Made by a program: the position numbers and the translations under genes
Origin: Bacillota bacterium
GTDB taxonomy: Bacteria > Bacillota > Limnochordia > Darwinibacteriales > Darwinibacteriaceae
DNA length: 64,000 nt
Assembly: GCA_012837385.1 (NCBI GenBank)
Contig: DURH01000066.1
Location: 7,717-71,716, forward strand
Direction: 5' to 3'
Part shown: one piece after another, positions 46,554 to 57,656 of the stretch
How the letters are laid out: every line of letters starts with the position of its first letter
How positions within the stretch are numbered: the first letter of the stretch is position 1
Notes under the pieces: model-generated
What the model saw: the letters and a program-made list of their open reading frames with translations, nothing else
Databases searched by the model: none
What the model was told of the DNA's origin: nothing

Positions 46554-47123
46554 CTAACTGGGCAGGATCGCAAGCCTTTTTAAAACGTCATAAATGCTGC
46601 AATAAAACTTGGCCCATTCCCCGCTGTCCAGCTCGGCAGTGCGGACATAGGCATGGCCTTTATTAGATGTGGTGTAGTGCGGCTCCAGCATATTGAGGAC
46701 TCCCGCCATAATCTGACTGAGCTCATCCCTTCCCAGCTGCAGCCCTTCTTTGTTGAGAATATCGTTCAGAGGGGATAGAACCATCAGCTCTGTACAGTTT
46801 TGCATGGCGGCTCGGTCATGCTCATGCCGGGGATTGCTCCGGACCACATGCACGGCCCGATAGGCCTCCACAATCACCTTTCGAAACAACTGGTTTTCCA
46901 GTTGCTCTAGGACAAGGGGTTCGTTTTGCGCCTGATCCGCCAGGATGGGTACATACACAGCAGGAATCTGGTTGAGTAGGTAGGCAGTCATATCTTCCCG
47001 GCACATAGCACAGCCGCAGACATTACTGTTCTCCGCCAGGAGCCTGTCCACAGCCTCGGCCGCCACCCCCTCCATGCGATTATGGATGGAGTAATCATCT
47101 TGGGTAATCTTCATGATGGTCAT
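46554..47123 (-). CDS. ComFB-family (late competence development protein ComFB-like) protein with C-terminal extension
   Basis: VCGCAMCREDMTAYLLNQIPAVYV matches the ComFB Cys-rich signature (C-x-C-x2-C...LN..P..YV). At 189 aa it is about 90 aa longer than canonical ComFB. Confidence 0.55.
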   Translation of the reverse strand: MTIMKITQDDYSIHNRMEGVAAEAVDRLLAENSNVCGCAMCREDMTAYLLNQIPAVYVPILADQAQNEPLVLEQLENQLFRKVIVEAYRAVHVVRSNPRHEHDRAAMQNCTELMVLSPLNDILNKEGLQLGRDELSQIMAGVLNMLEPHYTTSNKGHAYVRTAELDSGEWAKFYCSIYDVLKRLAILPS

Positions 47124-47929
47124 CCTCTCCTGACTGTGCGCTTACGGGCAATGATCAGGCATTCCTCTCCACCGGCATAGGCTTGCATCGCAGAGCCACT
47201 GTAAACACCCTCTGCCTCAAAACCGGCCTCAGACAGGAGCTGAACCATTCGCTCCGGAATCACCACCGCTTCCCTGCTGGCATATACCACTACTTGCGCC
47301 GGCTCCGGGCCCTTGGGGTGCACATAGTTGATCTGGTTAAGCAGCCTGAGGTCTGGAGCCAATCCTTTGATCTGGACTACGCTAACTAGGATTTCCTCTG
47401 TAAAAGGATTGACCCCCTGCAGCGCCAGAGTGGGCACGCTTTCTCCCAACTCAACCTGACCAACTAGAAAGTCGAAGGCCAACCAGCCACCTTCCTTCAG
47501 CTGCTGGCTGCAGCTCTGCAGTACCGCTAGACGGTCTTGGTCACTGTGCATATAGATCATGGAACAATACGGGATGATAATGGTGTCAAAGGGCCGCGCA
47601 AAAGAGAAGCTGCGCATATCCCCCAGCACCAACTCCACACTTGCCGCACGCGCTCCAAGCCTTTCCCTTGCTCGCGTCAACATGGCCGGAGCAAGATCTA
47701 GGCCCGCAACCTCCAGGCCAGCCTCTAAAAGGTCAGGGAGCAGACGCCCAGAACCGCAGGCTAAGTCCAGCACCCTACCGCCGCGGTCCCTGGCAAACTG
47801 CACATAGAACTGATCATCGCGTACGCTTTGGTTCAATAGATCATAGAGCTCGGCATGGGCATAGGGATCACCCACCCGAGCCCTGCCCTTCTCCAAAAGC
47901 TCCTGCGCAAATCCAAAGAAATCTCCCAT
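47120..47929 (-). CDS. class I SAM-dependent methyltransferase
   Basis: VLDLACGSGRL motif I. Start at the ATG 47929 (MGDFFGF) behind a GAGGAGGATCC RBS. It overlaps the ComFB-like start by 4 bp. Confidence 0.8.
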   Translation of the reverse strand: MGDFFGFAQELLEKGRARVGDPYAHAELYDLLNQSVRDDQFYVQFARDRGGRVLDLACGSGRLLPDLLEAGLEVAGLDLAPAMLTRARERLGARAASVELVLGDMRSFSFARPFDTIIIPYCSMIYMHSDQDRLAVLQSCSQQLKEGGWLAFDFLVGQVELGESVPTLALQGVNPFTEEILVSVVQIKGLAPDLRLLNQINYVHPKGPEPAQVVVYASREAVVIPERMVQLLSEAGFEAEGVYSGSAMQAYAGGEECLIIARKRTVRRG

Positions 47930-47942
47930 GGATCCTCCTCGG

Positions 47943-48362
47943 CTAACGCCGCTTATCGATAAACGAACCTTCGACGCTGGGGGCGCCTCCAAGGTAGGCC
48001 CGGTTGGAGTGGCGGCCATCCTGAATCTTTTTGGCCTGCCCCCTCAGCTGAGCCAGACTGCTCTGGAGCACCTTCTCCACAACTTCGTTCTGCTCCTGGA
48101 GCCTCAGCATCTCTGCCCGCAGCTCCTGCTGTACAGCTGTGGAATCACCCTGCTGCGGCTGCCGACCGATCCCTTGGTCGAGCCGATCAATCTTCTCCAT
48201 CAGCTCATCCCGCTCATCCAAAAGCTCGGTCAAACGCTGATAGGCTTCATCCTCACGCACCAGCTGCTCAGGAGTGAACTTCGCAATCTCGTCTGTGAGT
48301 TGGCGCAGTGTGCGGAAAAGACCCAGCTTCTCTTGGTAGAGATCAACTGTCACATCGCTCAT
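47943..48362 (-). CDS. FlgN/FliT-like flagellar export chaperone-like coiled-coil protein
   Basis: 139-aa acidic protein with heptad-like Leu spacing and a Q/E-rich middle region. It lies directly downstream of fliD and overlaps it by 4 bp. It does not match the FliS signature; the assignment is tentative. Confidence 0.4.
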   Translation of the reverse strand: MSDVTVDLYQEKLGLFRTLRQLTDEIAKFTPEQLVREDEAYQRLTELLDERDELMEKIDRLDQGIGRQPQQGDSTAVQQELRAEMLRLQEQNEVVEKVLQSSLAQLRGQAKKIQDGRHSNRAYLGGAPSVEGSFIDKRR

Positions 48363-49828
48363 CCTTGCATAGCCATGAGCTGCTGATAGAGCCAGTCACT
48401 TTGGGCATAGAGCTTGCCCAGGGCTGTTTCCATGGCTGAGAATTTTCTCCACTGCTGTTCTTCATAGCGGATCAGCCGCTCTTCCATGTCTGCCAGGCGG
48501 GACTCGTATTCCCGAATCCGGTTCCCCAAGAAACTCTGATCATAGGGAATGCTGGCCTTGCCTGCTGTGTCTGTGATTCGCTCCATTTGCCGGTCCAAAA
48601 CAGAGGTCAGTTTGCGGGCAATGCCCTTCTCCTTGTCCGTCGCGCCATTGGCGGTGAATAGATCACGCACCCTATCAGGATCCTCAGAGATGGCTGCTCT
48701 GAGTTTGTCCTCATTCAGGTACAGCTTGCCATACTCATACCAGGAACCTGTGGTAATACCGATCTCCCTCAGGCTGGTATTGCCACCTTCTCCTTCCACC
48801 ACCGAGCCGAGAGCCAAGCGCATTTCGCTGAGGATCGAGTTCAGCAGTGGATCGGAGCGGAGCAGACCACTCTTGGCCTTTTCTTCCCAGAGCTCGATTT
48901 CCTTCTCGGACATGGCTTCTTTCTGTTCATCAGTGAGCGGGGCGAAGTCCCTGTAGACTTCCTCCCTGGTCAGCTTGTTGAGCTCACCGACAAGCTCATT
49001 GTACAGATCGACAAACTCTTTGACTTTGTCGACAACTGCATCCACATCTTGCTTGACTTCGATGGTGACAGCAGTACCCTCTTCCGCTTTCAGCAGATTC
49101 ACGGTGATACCGTTGAACTCGAAGGTGTTGCTGCTGAACGTTGCCTCTAACCCATTGATGGTTACCTGTGCATCCTGGCCCGATTGATCTGCGTCAAGCT
49201 GGAGCTGCCCAAGGCCTGATTCACCTACCGGTTCCTTGAACTGCCCACCGAAGACATCCAGAAACGCTTGGTCCACGACAAACTGAGCATCCTTGCCGGT
49301 GGCCGTTGTGGTTAGAGAAATCCTGCCCTCATGGGCGAATGCGTTGATCCCCAGTTTTTTCTCGTTGATCCTTGCTGCCAGCTGTTCCAAGGTCTCGCCA
49401 GCTTTATACTCGATGGTCTGGGCGTTTTCTTCATCAATCCCCAACCTAAAGCTGCCATCCTGCTCAAACGACCCATCTTCGGCCAACTTTGCTGAATCCA
49501 CCTGGGCAGTAACCCTCGCAGCCGTGGCCAACTTCTCAACGACAATGTCATATCTCCCCTCACCCGCTGCGCCTGAGGCGCTGACAGTGAGCAGATCTGT
49601 ACGGGACGACGAGGCGGTTTTCTTTTGAAACGCGCCCTGCAGGGTCAGATCAAATGCTAAATTCCTAAAGCGGGAAAGCTTAGTATTCACGTCACGATAC
49701 GCGTCGCGCTTCCATTCAGCCTTAACCTTCTGCTGAAAGACCCTATCCATGGGGATGCGCTGAGCTTTCACCAGATCACTGACGATCTGGTCAATATCCA
49801 TTCCTGAGTTCAATCCGGAGATTCTCAT
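48359..49828 (-). CDS. fliD: flagellar filament capping protein (hook-associated protein 2)
   Basis: N-terminus MRISGLNSGMDIDQIV...KAEWKRDAYRDVNTKLS and the C-terminal FliD coiled coil. Start at the ATG 49828. Confidence 0.8.
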   Translation of the reverse strand: MRISGLNSGMDIDQIVSDLVKAQRIPMDRVFQQKVKAEWKRDAYRDVNTKLSRFRNLAFDLTLQGAFQKKTASSSRTDLLTVSASGAAGEGRYDIVVEKLATAARVTAQVDSAKLAEDGSFEQDGSFRLGIDEENAQTIEYKAGETLEQLAARINEKKLGINAFAHEGRISLTTTATGKDAQFVVDQAFLDVFGGQFKEPVGESGLGQLQLDADQSGQDAQVTINGLEATFSSNTFEFNGITVNLLKAEEGTAVTIEVKQDVDAVVDKVKEFVDLYNELVGELNKLTREEVYRDFAPLTDEQKEAMSEKEIELWEEKAKSGLLRSDPLLNSILSEMRLALGSVVEGEGGNTSLREIGITTGSWYEYGKLYLNEDKLRAAISEDPDRVRDLFTANGATDKEKGIARKLTSVLDRQMERITDTAGKASIPYDQSFLGNRIREYESRLADMEERLIRYEEQQWRKFSAMETALGKLYAQSDWLYQQLMAMQG

Positions 49829-49946
49829 TTTCTCCACCTCATCCCTAAGGTACTCCACTTCTTTATCGGCAATTTACCGAAATCCTTTAGGTTCCAGGGC
49901 CCCGGAGACAGTTCCGAAAAAAAGTTGTGGAAAAAAGTGTTTTTGT

Positions 49947-49975
49947 TTGACAGCCTACCTAGGCTGTGGTATGCT
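49947..49975 (+). promoter_or_regulatory. sigma-A promoter of cold-shock gene followed by ~120-nt 5' leader
   Basis: TTGACA (49947-49952), a 17-nt spacer, then TATGCT (49970-49975). The long leader before the ATG at 50106 is typical of csp genes. Confidence 0.55.
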
Positions 49976-50105
49976 GAGTACGGTTAAGTCTTTAAATGAA
50001 GCGAACACAATGGCCTCGAGTTCCAACTTAGCAGTAGAGCAAGGGTTTCACACTGTTTGCGTAATTTAAGCTTTGACTAGTACACAATATTTAGGAGGCC
50101 ATTGA

Positions 50106-50303
50106 ATGACTGGTAGAGTTAAATGGTTTAACGCAGAAAAAGGTTTCGGTTTTATCGAGCGCGACGGCGGTGAAGATGTATTCGTACACTTCTCGGCTAT
50201 CCAAGGCACAGGCTTCAAATCCCTTAACGAGGGCGACGAAGTAAGCTTTGAAATCGTGCAAGGCGACCGCGGCCCACAGGCTGCCAACGTAGTACGCCTC
50301 TAA
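50106..50303 (+). CDS. csp: cold-shock protein (CspA family)
   Basis: [15 protein letters not shown] (RNP1) and VFVHF (RNP2). Confidence 0.95.
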   Translation: MTGRVKWFNAEKGFGFIERDGGEDVFVHFSAIQGTGFKSLNEGDEVSFEIVQGDRGPQAANVVRL

Positions 50304-50323
50304 GCGTACCCCAATCTTGGCGG

Positions 50324-50355
50324 AAAGCCCCATTCTTAGGAATGGGGCTTTTTTT
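50324..50355. terminator. rho-independent terminator (bidirectional: csp / alpha-beta hydrolase)
   Basis: AAAGCCCCATTC-TTAG-GAATGGGGCTTT followed by TTTTTTT. Confidence 0.7.
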
Positions 50356-50358
50356 GGT

Positions 50359-51954
50359 CTACTTTAGATTCTCAGCGAGCCAGGAGACCACAGTATCCAA
50401 AAGTTCAGGATTGAGCTTAAAGGGATCCAAGGCGTCGAACTCCTCGCTTGTTGGGAAGAACGTGAAAACATGGGTAGTCTCAGGCAGGTACCTCAGGGTA
50501 ACCTGGTCATTACCCGCCTGCTGCAGAGCTTGCGCCAATGCCTCACCGTGGTAGGGCATAACCTGCAGATCGTCCTGCCCATGCACGATCAACACCGGGC
50601 ATTTAACCTGCGCGACATTCTCTAAGGGGCGGAGCGCCATGTGCTGCCGGATCCACTCTAGATTGTAAGGAAGTACAGAACCGACCTCCCTGCCTTCCCT
50701 GGCCTCCTGGAGCAGCTGATCAATGAGTGGCTTATACTCCTCCAGAGCGGCCTTTTCCTGAGCAGACAGGAAAGGCTTAGAGAGCTGGTAATCAACCTGC
50801 TCAACCATAATCTGATCCAAGGGAATCGATGAGCCAGCCAAGAGCACCACGGCACTGAGCCGCTGTGCAAAGAGAGGAGCAAAATAGGCGCCCTCGCTGT
50901 GCCCCAGCATGGCTAGGCGTTTCTCATCAATCTGAGGATGGGCTTCCAGGTAGTCCAGGAGCACTTCCACATCGGAGAGCAGATCCTCTAGGTCGGCGGA
51001 GTTGTAGTCCCCTGTGCTCTCCCCTACTCCGCGCTCGTCATAGGCGAGCACGGCGATGCCCGCTTCAGTGAGCCGTTCAGCCAGAATAGTGAACATATTG
51101 GTCATCAACGCCGGGGGGCTGTTGCCTTGGCGGTCCTGCGGCCCTGAACCTGAGTTCAAGAGGATGGCAGGAAAGGGCCCCCCACCCAAGGGCAGGAACA
51201 CCGTCCCCGCCAGAGTGATCTCTCCGTTTTGAACCAGGAAATCCTCGGTAACGTAGTGCTGGACGGCAGTGTCGCCGGCTGCCAGCTGCAGACCGAGATA
51301 TCCTTCCCGCACGATCTCCACGGCCTGCATGGGGATTTCCAGCTTAACCAGAAGATCCCCCTCGGCCAGAAGGCGCATCTGCAGATTGTTCATGGAGGTT
51401 AATACATACTCATCCAGAGCCAGGCGCCTACCGTCCACCTCGTAATCGGCGGATCCTTGACGCTTTAAAGTGACTGAATAAACAGGATTCTGATTACCTG
51501 TCATCAGGATCGGAGTTACAGCGGTGAGCTCCACTTCATCGATGTCTGCCGGCAGCATACCCAAGAGCTGCTCGAAGTGGGCGAACACATTGTTATCCAT
51601 CACTACAAAAGGTTCTTCCAAAGGAAAGGCGAACTTAACAGGCCCAAGTTCCGCTTGCAGCTCTCCGTCCCGAAAAGAAGTGGCAAAACTGGCCCCTGGC
51701 ACCTGCTGAAACTCATAGCTGGTCCACTTTCCCCCGCTCCCCTTCAAACTGGTAGTGATCTTCAGGCTGATGCCCTGGACTGAGATCTCGCCTTCTGTCT
51801 TCAGCTCGTCCGCGCTCCAGGAGTACTCTTCACGGCCCGCTTCGTCCCCACCAAAGAACAGGATGAAGGTACCAGTCCGTTCAGCGGCCTGAACTGTCCC
51901 AACTAAGAAAGTGCATAGAATCACAAATACTGCTGCTAGTTGAATGCGCCGCAC
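50359..51954 (-). CDS. secreted alpha/beta-hydrolase (S9/dienelactone-hydrolase-like) with N-terminal beta-rich domain
   Basis: Signal peptide, a GHSEGAY nucleophile elbow (GxSxG), and downstream Asp/His (VHGQDD...H). Confidence 0.75.
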   Translation of the reverse strand: MRRIQLAAVFVILCTFLVGTVQAAERTGTFILFFGGDEAGREEYSWSADELKTEGEISVQGISLKITTSLKGSGGKWTSYEFQQVPGASFATSFRDGELQAELGPVKFAFPLEEPFVVMDNNVFAHFEQLLGMLPADIDEVELTAVTPILMTGNQNPVYSVTLKRQGSADYEVDGRRLALDEYVLTSMNNLQMRLLAEGDLLVKLEIPMQAVEIVREGYLGLQLAAGDTAVQHYVTEDFLVQNGEITLAGTVFLPLGGGPFPAILLNSGSGPQDRQGNSPPALMTNMFTILAERLTEAGIAVLAYDERGVGESTGDYNSADLEDLLSDVEVLLDYLEAHPQIDEKRLAMLGHSEGAYFAPLFAQRLSAVVLLAGSSIPLDQIMVEQVDYQLSKPFLSAQEKAALEEYKPLIDQLLQEAREGREVGSVLPYNLEWIRQHMALRPLENVAQVKCPVLIVHGQDDLQVMPYHGEALAQALQQAGNDQVTLRYLPETTHVFTFFPTSEEFDALDPFKLNPELLDTVVSWLAENLK

Positions 51955-51955
51955 C

Positions 51956-52156
51956 CTAATCCTCCTCTGCTTCCAGTTTATTCAACACCCAGGTCAGCTC
52001 TTGAATTGCCTTTTCCAGAGCTTCCCACAGAGCTTGATCCGATTGGATAAACGACCTTAAGCCAATTTGTTCTGTTTTCAACTGATTGATGCGCTCGCGC
52101 ACCTGGAGTGCAAGTAGTTCTAGGTTCATAGTAAAACCACCATCTTTCCCAACCAC
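51956..52156 (-). CDS. hypothetical small helical protein (66 aa)
   Basis: Its stop is 1 nt from the downstream hydrolase start. Coiled-coil-like, with no recognised family. Confidence 0.3.
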   Translation of the reverse strand: MVGKDGGFTMNLELLALQVRERINQLKTEQIGLRSFIQSDQALWEALEKAIQELTWVLNKLEAEED

Positions 52157-52291
52157 CCTAAGATATTTTCATTTTACTTGATCCCACTCCCCGGCGCAAC
52201 TATTGACATCGCTGGGAAGGATTCGAAAAGACCAAACTCGAAAACACTATCAACGAACGAACAATAGAGATTAGTGTAAGGAGAGCTGATT

Positions 52292-53185
52292 GTGTCATTA
52301 CGTATTCTAACAGATAGCGCCTGTGATCTGCCAGAACATCTTATCGAGGAATATGGGATCGAAGTCCTGCCCTTCCTCGTCTACATAGATGGGCAAGAAC
52401 ACATAGACGGAGTTAACATCACGCCCCGGCAGGTCTATGACGCCATTCGGGCAGATAAAGTGCCCACCACGGGACAGGTACCCATGGAGAAATTCCTAGA
52501 GGCCTTCACCAAGTACGCCAAGGCCAACACGCCCTGTCTGTATTTGAGCTTCTCATCTAAGCTCTCCGGCACCTGCAATACTGCTCGCCTAGCCCTGCGG
52601 GAAGTGCAGAGAATGTACCCTGCCGCCCAGATCACCATTGTGGATACGCACAGTGGAAGCCTAGGCCAGGGCTTGATTGTGCTTGAAGCGGCAGAGATGG
52701 CCAGAGCAGGCAAGCCGGCTGAAGACATTATCCGGCACGTTCAGCGGCGTTCCCAAAACAATGTGGAACATGTTTTTTCCGTAGACGACCTCAAGTACCT
52801 TTACCGTGGGGGCCGGGTGAACTATTCCAGCGCGTTTTTGGGCAGCTTGCTCAGCATCAAGCCCATCCTCCACGTTAAGGACGGGCTTATGGTTCCCATC
52901 CAAAAAGTGAGGGGCAAGAAGATGGCTGTGAAGCGCATTGTGGAGCTGGTCAAAGAGCGCTCCTTGGGCAATCCCGAACAGCTCGTTGCCATCTCCCACG
53001 CCGATGACCCCAAGGTTGCTGATCAGCTCAAAGCCCTGCTCGGAGATGTTTTGGGCTACCGCCGTTTTCTGGTCAATGTGGTAGGCAGCGTCTTGGGCTG
53101 CCATATCGGCCTCGGTGGAGTAGCTGCTTTCTTTGTCAATTCCAGCTACGATGTGCCTAACTTAGCTCAAGCACCCCGAGGTTAG
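52292..53185 (+). CDS. DegV-family fatty-acid-binding protein
   Basis: MSLRILTDSACDLP N-terminus and DegV fold signatures. GTG start. Confidence 0.85.
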   Translation: MSLRILTDSACDLPEHLIEEYGIEVLPFLVYIDGQEHIDGVNITPRQVYDAIRADKVPTTGQVPMEKFLEAFTKYAKANTPCLYLSFSSKLSGTCNTARLALREVQRMYPAAQITIVDTHSGSLGQGLIVLEAAEMARAGKPAEDIIRHVQRRSQNNVEHVFSVDDLKYLYRGGRVNYSSAFLGSLLSIKPILHVKDGLMVPIQKVRGKKMAVKRIVELVKERSLGNPEQLVAISHADDPKVADQLKALLGDVLGYRRFLVNVVGSVLGCHIGLGGVAAFFVNSSYDVPNLAQAPRG

Positions 53186-53251
53186 TACGAAATGAGAATT
53201 GCATTTTACTTTTCATTAACGTTGCGTTATACTTAACTTGAACCATATTAA

Positions 53252-54655
<1,404 letters not shown>

Positions 54656-54668
54656 CCTGAGAAACCCA

Positions 54669-54692
54669 AAAGCCCCTGACGGGGCTTTTTTG
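54669..54692 (+). terminator. rho-independent terminator after lyase gene
   Basis: AAAGCCCC-TGAC-GGGGCTTT followed by TTTTTT. Confidence 0.7.
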
Positions 54693-54701
54693 TTGGACTT
54701 T

Positions 54702-55415
54702 TTACACAAACAGATTGGTGTACAGCCTAAACAGATCAAAGAGCATCAAAACGCCAACCACGATGAGCAATATCCCAGATACCATTTGAATGCGGGGCAG
54801 ATTGCGCTTGATCATGCCCAAGGTGTGTTGGAGCTTTCCCCAGAGCAGTGAAGTGAGCAAAAAGGGCACTCCCAGTCCTAGGGAGAAAGTAAACAGGAGA
54901 GCCATACCTTGGTAAAGGGTGTTCAAGTTCGACGCCAGAATTAAGGCCGTCCCTAAAAATGCACCTAAGCAGGGGGTCCAGCCCAGGGAAAAGGCAGCCC
55001 CAAAGGCCAGGCTCGACCAAAACTTGAGGTTCTTGGTCTGCGCTCCCATGGTGCGGCTGCGGTTGAGAAAGCCGATCTTGATCACCCCCAGGTAGTTCAG
55101 GCCGATCAAGATAATCACCACGCCGCCCAAGCGTTGAAGCAGCAGGCGGTTCTCCGCGATCAGGCTCCCTAGAGCAGAAGCAGTGGCTCCCAGGCCTACA
55201 AACACAATCGTAAAACCAGCAATAAAGCCTAGGGTGTTGCTGACCAGCCGAGCACCTGATCCTTTGGCTGCCTCTGTGCCCTCCCCACCTCCCAGATAAA
55301 GGAGGTAAATGGGGATCATCGGCAGTATGCAGGGCGAAAGAAAGGCTAGGACACCCTCCACGAATATGAGTCCAAAAAGAGAGAGGGTTACCTCAGGCAC
55401 CATCTGCTGCAGCAT
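54702..55415 (-). CDS. ccdA: cytochrome c-type biogenesis / thiol-disulfide transporter CcdA (DsbD-beta core)
   Basis: FLSPCILPMIPIYL and a second Cys motif (GWTPCLGAF). Confidence 0.85.
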   Translation of the reverse strand: MLQQMVPEVTLSLFGLIFVEGVLAFLSPCILPMIPIYLLYLGGGEGTEAAKGSGARLVSNTLGFIAGFTIVFVGLGATASALGSLIAENRLLLQRLGGVVIILIGLNYLGVIKIGFLNRSRTMGAQTKNLKFWSSLAFGAAFSLGWTPCLGAFLGTALILASNLNTLYQGMALLFTFSLGLGVPFLLTSLLWGKLQHTLGMIKRNLPRIQMVSGILLIVVGVLMLFDLFRLYTNLFV

Positions 55416-55924
55416 TATTTAGCCCCCTCGATCATCTCACGGAGAACCTCCTTGGTTGTCGACCCCACCACATAGTCGTACAGATAGCCTTCTGCATCGA
55501 TTACCACAGTAGTGGGCAGCCCAGGAACGCCGAAGATCCTCTGGCCCACGGAACCAAAATCCAAAAGGTTGGGAATGGTGATCCCGTTTTCAGCCAAGTA
55601 GGCGGTGCCGCGCTCCACAGTCTCCTGGCGGCCATCGATCTGATCGAGGAGCAGGATCACCGCCTCACCCGATGCAGCCAGCTCTTCGTGGAGAGCCTGC
55701 AGATCAGGCATCTCTTCCCGGCAGTAGAAGCACCAGGTAGCCCAGAAGTTGAGCGCTACCACCTGCCCGCGAAAATCGCTGAGCCTTACCGTTTCATCCG
55801 CTGCAGTGAGTAGTGCGAAATCGGGAACCAAAACTCTCTGGTCTTGGGCCCAAGCCCCTGGTCCAACAGCCATCACCAGGAAAATGCTCAGGAACAGCAA
55901 CTGCACAAGTCTTCCTCTCATCAC
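55415..55924 (-). CDS. TlpA/ResA-like membrane-anchored thiol-disulfide oxidoreductase (thioredoxin fold)
   Basis: WATWCFYCREE (WCxxC) and a signal/anchor N-terminus. Its stop overlaps the ccdA start. Confidence 0.8.
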   Translation of the reverse strand: MMRGRLVQLLFLSIFLVMAVGPGAWAQDQRVLVPDFALLTAADETVRLSDFRGQVVALNFWATWCFYCREEMPDLQALHEELAASGEAVILLLDQIDGRQETVERGTAYLAENGITIPNLLDFGSVGQRIFGVPGLPTTVVIDAEGYLYDYVVGSTTKEVLREMIEGAK

Positions 55925-56093
55925 ATCAACCTCCGCGCATACCGATTTTGCTTTTCACTATACCATGGGTGGGTATTCCAGCGCAAGAATAGAGATTGTG
56001 CTCACCTTCCCATTCTTCCCTTGACAAAGCCCGGCAGGTCAAGGAGAATCAAGGTGTGTCAGCATTTGACATTGACGAGGTGAGAAGCTGAAT

Positions 56094-57626
56094 ATGAAGA
56101 AAATCTTATCCTTCCTTTTTCATCGCTTTACCATCGCGGCAGCGGCCATACTGGCGCAGTTCGCTGCCTTAGTATTGATGATCGGGCGCTTCAGCAATTA
56201 CTTCCCCCAGTTTTACGCGCTTCTCACTCTGCTCAGCGCAGTGGCAGTGATCATTATTGCCACCGGTAGGGCGAAATCAGCCTACAAGATCGCCTGGATT
56301 ATCCTCATCCTCCTCTTTCCCATTTTTGGCGGCCTCTTTTACCTAGTGTTGGGCAAAACCCGCCTGAGCCGCAGGATGAGGCGGAAAATGGAGAAGACCA
56401 GGCTGCATGGGGAAAAGTCCCTGGAAGCCAGTGAGTCGGTCCTCCACGAACTCCAGGAAATGGACCAACGCGCGGCGGGACAAGCCCGTTACATCCAAAA
56501 CCATGCCGCCTATCCAGTTTACCGGCATGAGTACTCCCGCTTCTACCCCCTAGGTGATCTAGCCTTCCCGGCTATGCTGGAGGAGCTGGAAAAGGCCCAG
56601 CGCTTCATCTTTCTGGAGTACTACATTATCGATGAAGGCACGATGTGGGAGTCCATTCTAAATATCCTGGCCAGAAAGGCCCAGGAGGGCGTTGATGTCC
56701 GCCTGATCTACGACGATTTAGGCTGCATCTTTAAACTCCCTCAAAAATACCACCAGAAACTTGAAAGCATGGGCATCAAAACCGAACGTTTTCATCCCTT
56801 GACGCCCATCCTCTCTGCCAGCGTGAACTACCGGGATCACCGCAAGTTGATGATTATCGACGGCCATACTGGCTTTACAGGCGGGATCAATCTGGCGGAC
56901 GAGTACATCAATGCATTTGAGAAATATGGGCACTGGAAAGACTCTGCTTTTTTGGTCAAGGGTGAGGCTGTGTGGTCCCTTACCGTGATGTTCCTGGCCA
57001 TGTGGGAGTACCTCCGGGGCGAGCAGGACGATCTGGAAGATTTCCGGCCGCCAAAACTGGAAGACCTTCCCCCCGCTTCAGGCTTTATCCAGCCCTTCGC
57101 GGATAATCCCCTTGACGATGAGACAGTGAGCGAGACCGTGTATTTCAACCTGATCAATAGGGCTCGAGACTATGTCTATATCACCACACCCTATCTGATC
57201 CTAGACAATGAAATGGTTACAGCTCTCACCTCCGCGGCCAAAACGGGGGTAGATGTGCGGATTATCACTCCCCATGTTCCAGACAAACCGCCTGTGCATG
57301 CAGTTACCCGATCTTACTACCCCATCCTTTTGCAGAGCGGAGTGAGAATCTATGAGTATACTCCTGGATTCATGCACTCTAAGGCTGCTATCGCCGACGA
57401 TAAGGTGGGAGTGGTGGGATCTGTGAACTTGGATTACCGCAGCTTGTACATGGCCTTTGAGAACGCGGTGTGGCTGTACGGTACCGACAGTGTGCTGCAG
57501 ATCAAGGAAGATTTTCTGGAAACCCTCTCCCTCTGCCAAGAAGTGCACCTGGACCAGTACAGCGGCCTCGGAGCCCATCAGCGCTTGAAGTGGTCCTTAC
57601 TTCGCCTGCTGGCACCGCTGTTATAA
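56094..57626 (+). CDS. cls: cardiolipin synthase
   Basis: Two N-terminal TM helices and two HKD motifs (HRKLMIIDGHTGFTGGINL and HSKAAIADDKVGVVGSVNLD). Confidence 0.9.
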   Translation: MKKILSFLFHRFTIAAAAILAQFAALVLMIGRFSNYFPQFYALLTLLSAVAVIIIATGRAKSAYKIAWIILILLFPIFGGLFYLVLGKTRLSRRMRRKMEKTRLHGEKSLEASESVLHELQEMDQRAAGQARYIQNHAAYPVYRHEYSRFYPLGDLAFPAMLEELEKAQRFIFLEYYIIDEGTMWESILNILARKAQEGVDVRLIYDDLGCIFKLPQKYHQKLESMGIKTERFHPLTPILSASVNYRDHRKLMIIDGHTGFTGGINLADEYINAFEKYGHWKDSAFLVKGEAVWSLTVMFLAMWEYLRGEQDDLEDFRPPKLEDLPPASGFIQPFADNPLDDETVSETVYFNLINRARDYVYITTPYLILDNEMVTALTSAAKTGVDVRIITPHVPDKPPVHAVTRSYYPILLQSGVRIYEYTPGFMHSKAAIADDKVGVVGSVNLDYRSLYMAFENAVWLYGTDSVLQIKEDFLETLSLCQEVHLDQYSGLGAHQRLKWSLLRLLAPLL

Positions 57627-57656
57627 AGGCGCAAAGCGCAAGGATTTTCTCGATTT

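Noticed and set aside
47943-48362. Calling the gene after fliD as fliS by synteny
   Set aside because: The sequence lacks the FliS N-terminal signature and instead has an FlgN/FliT-like coiled-coil composition, so it was labelled tentatively.
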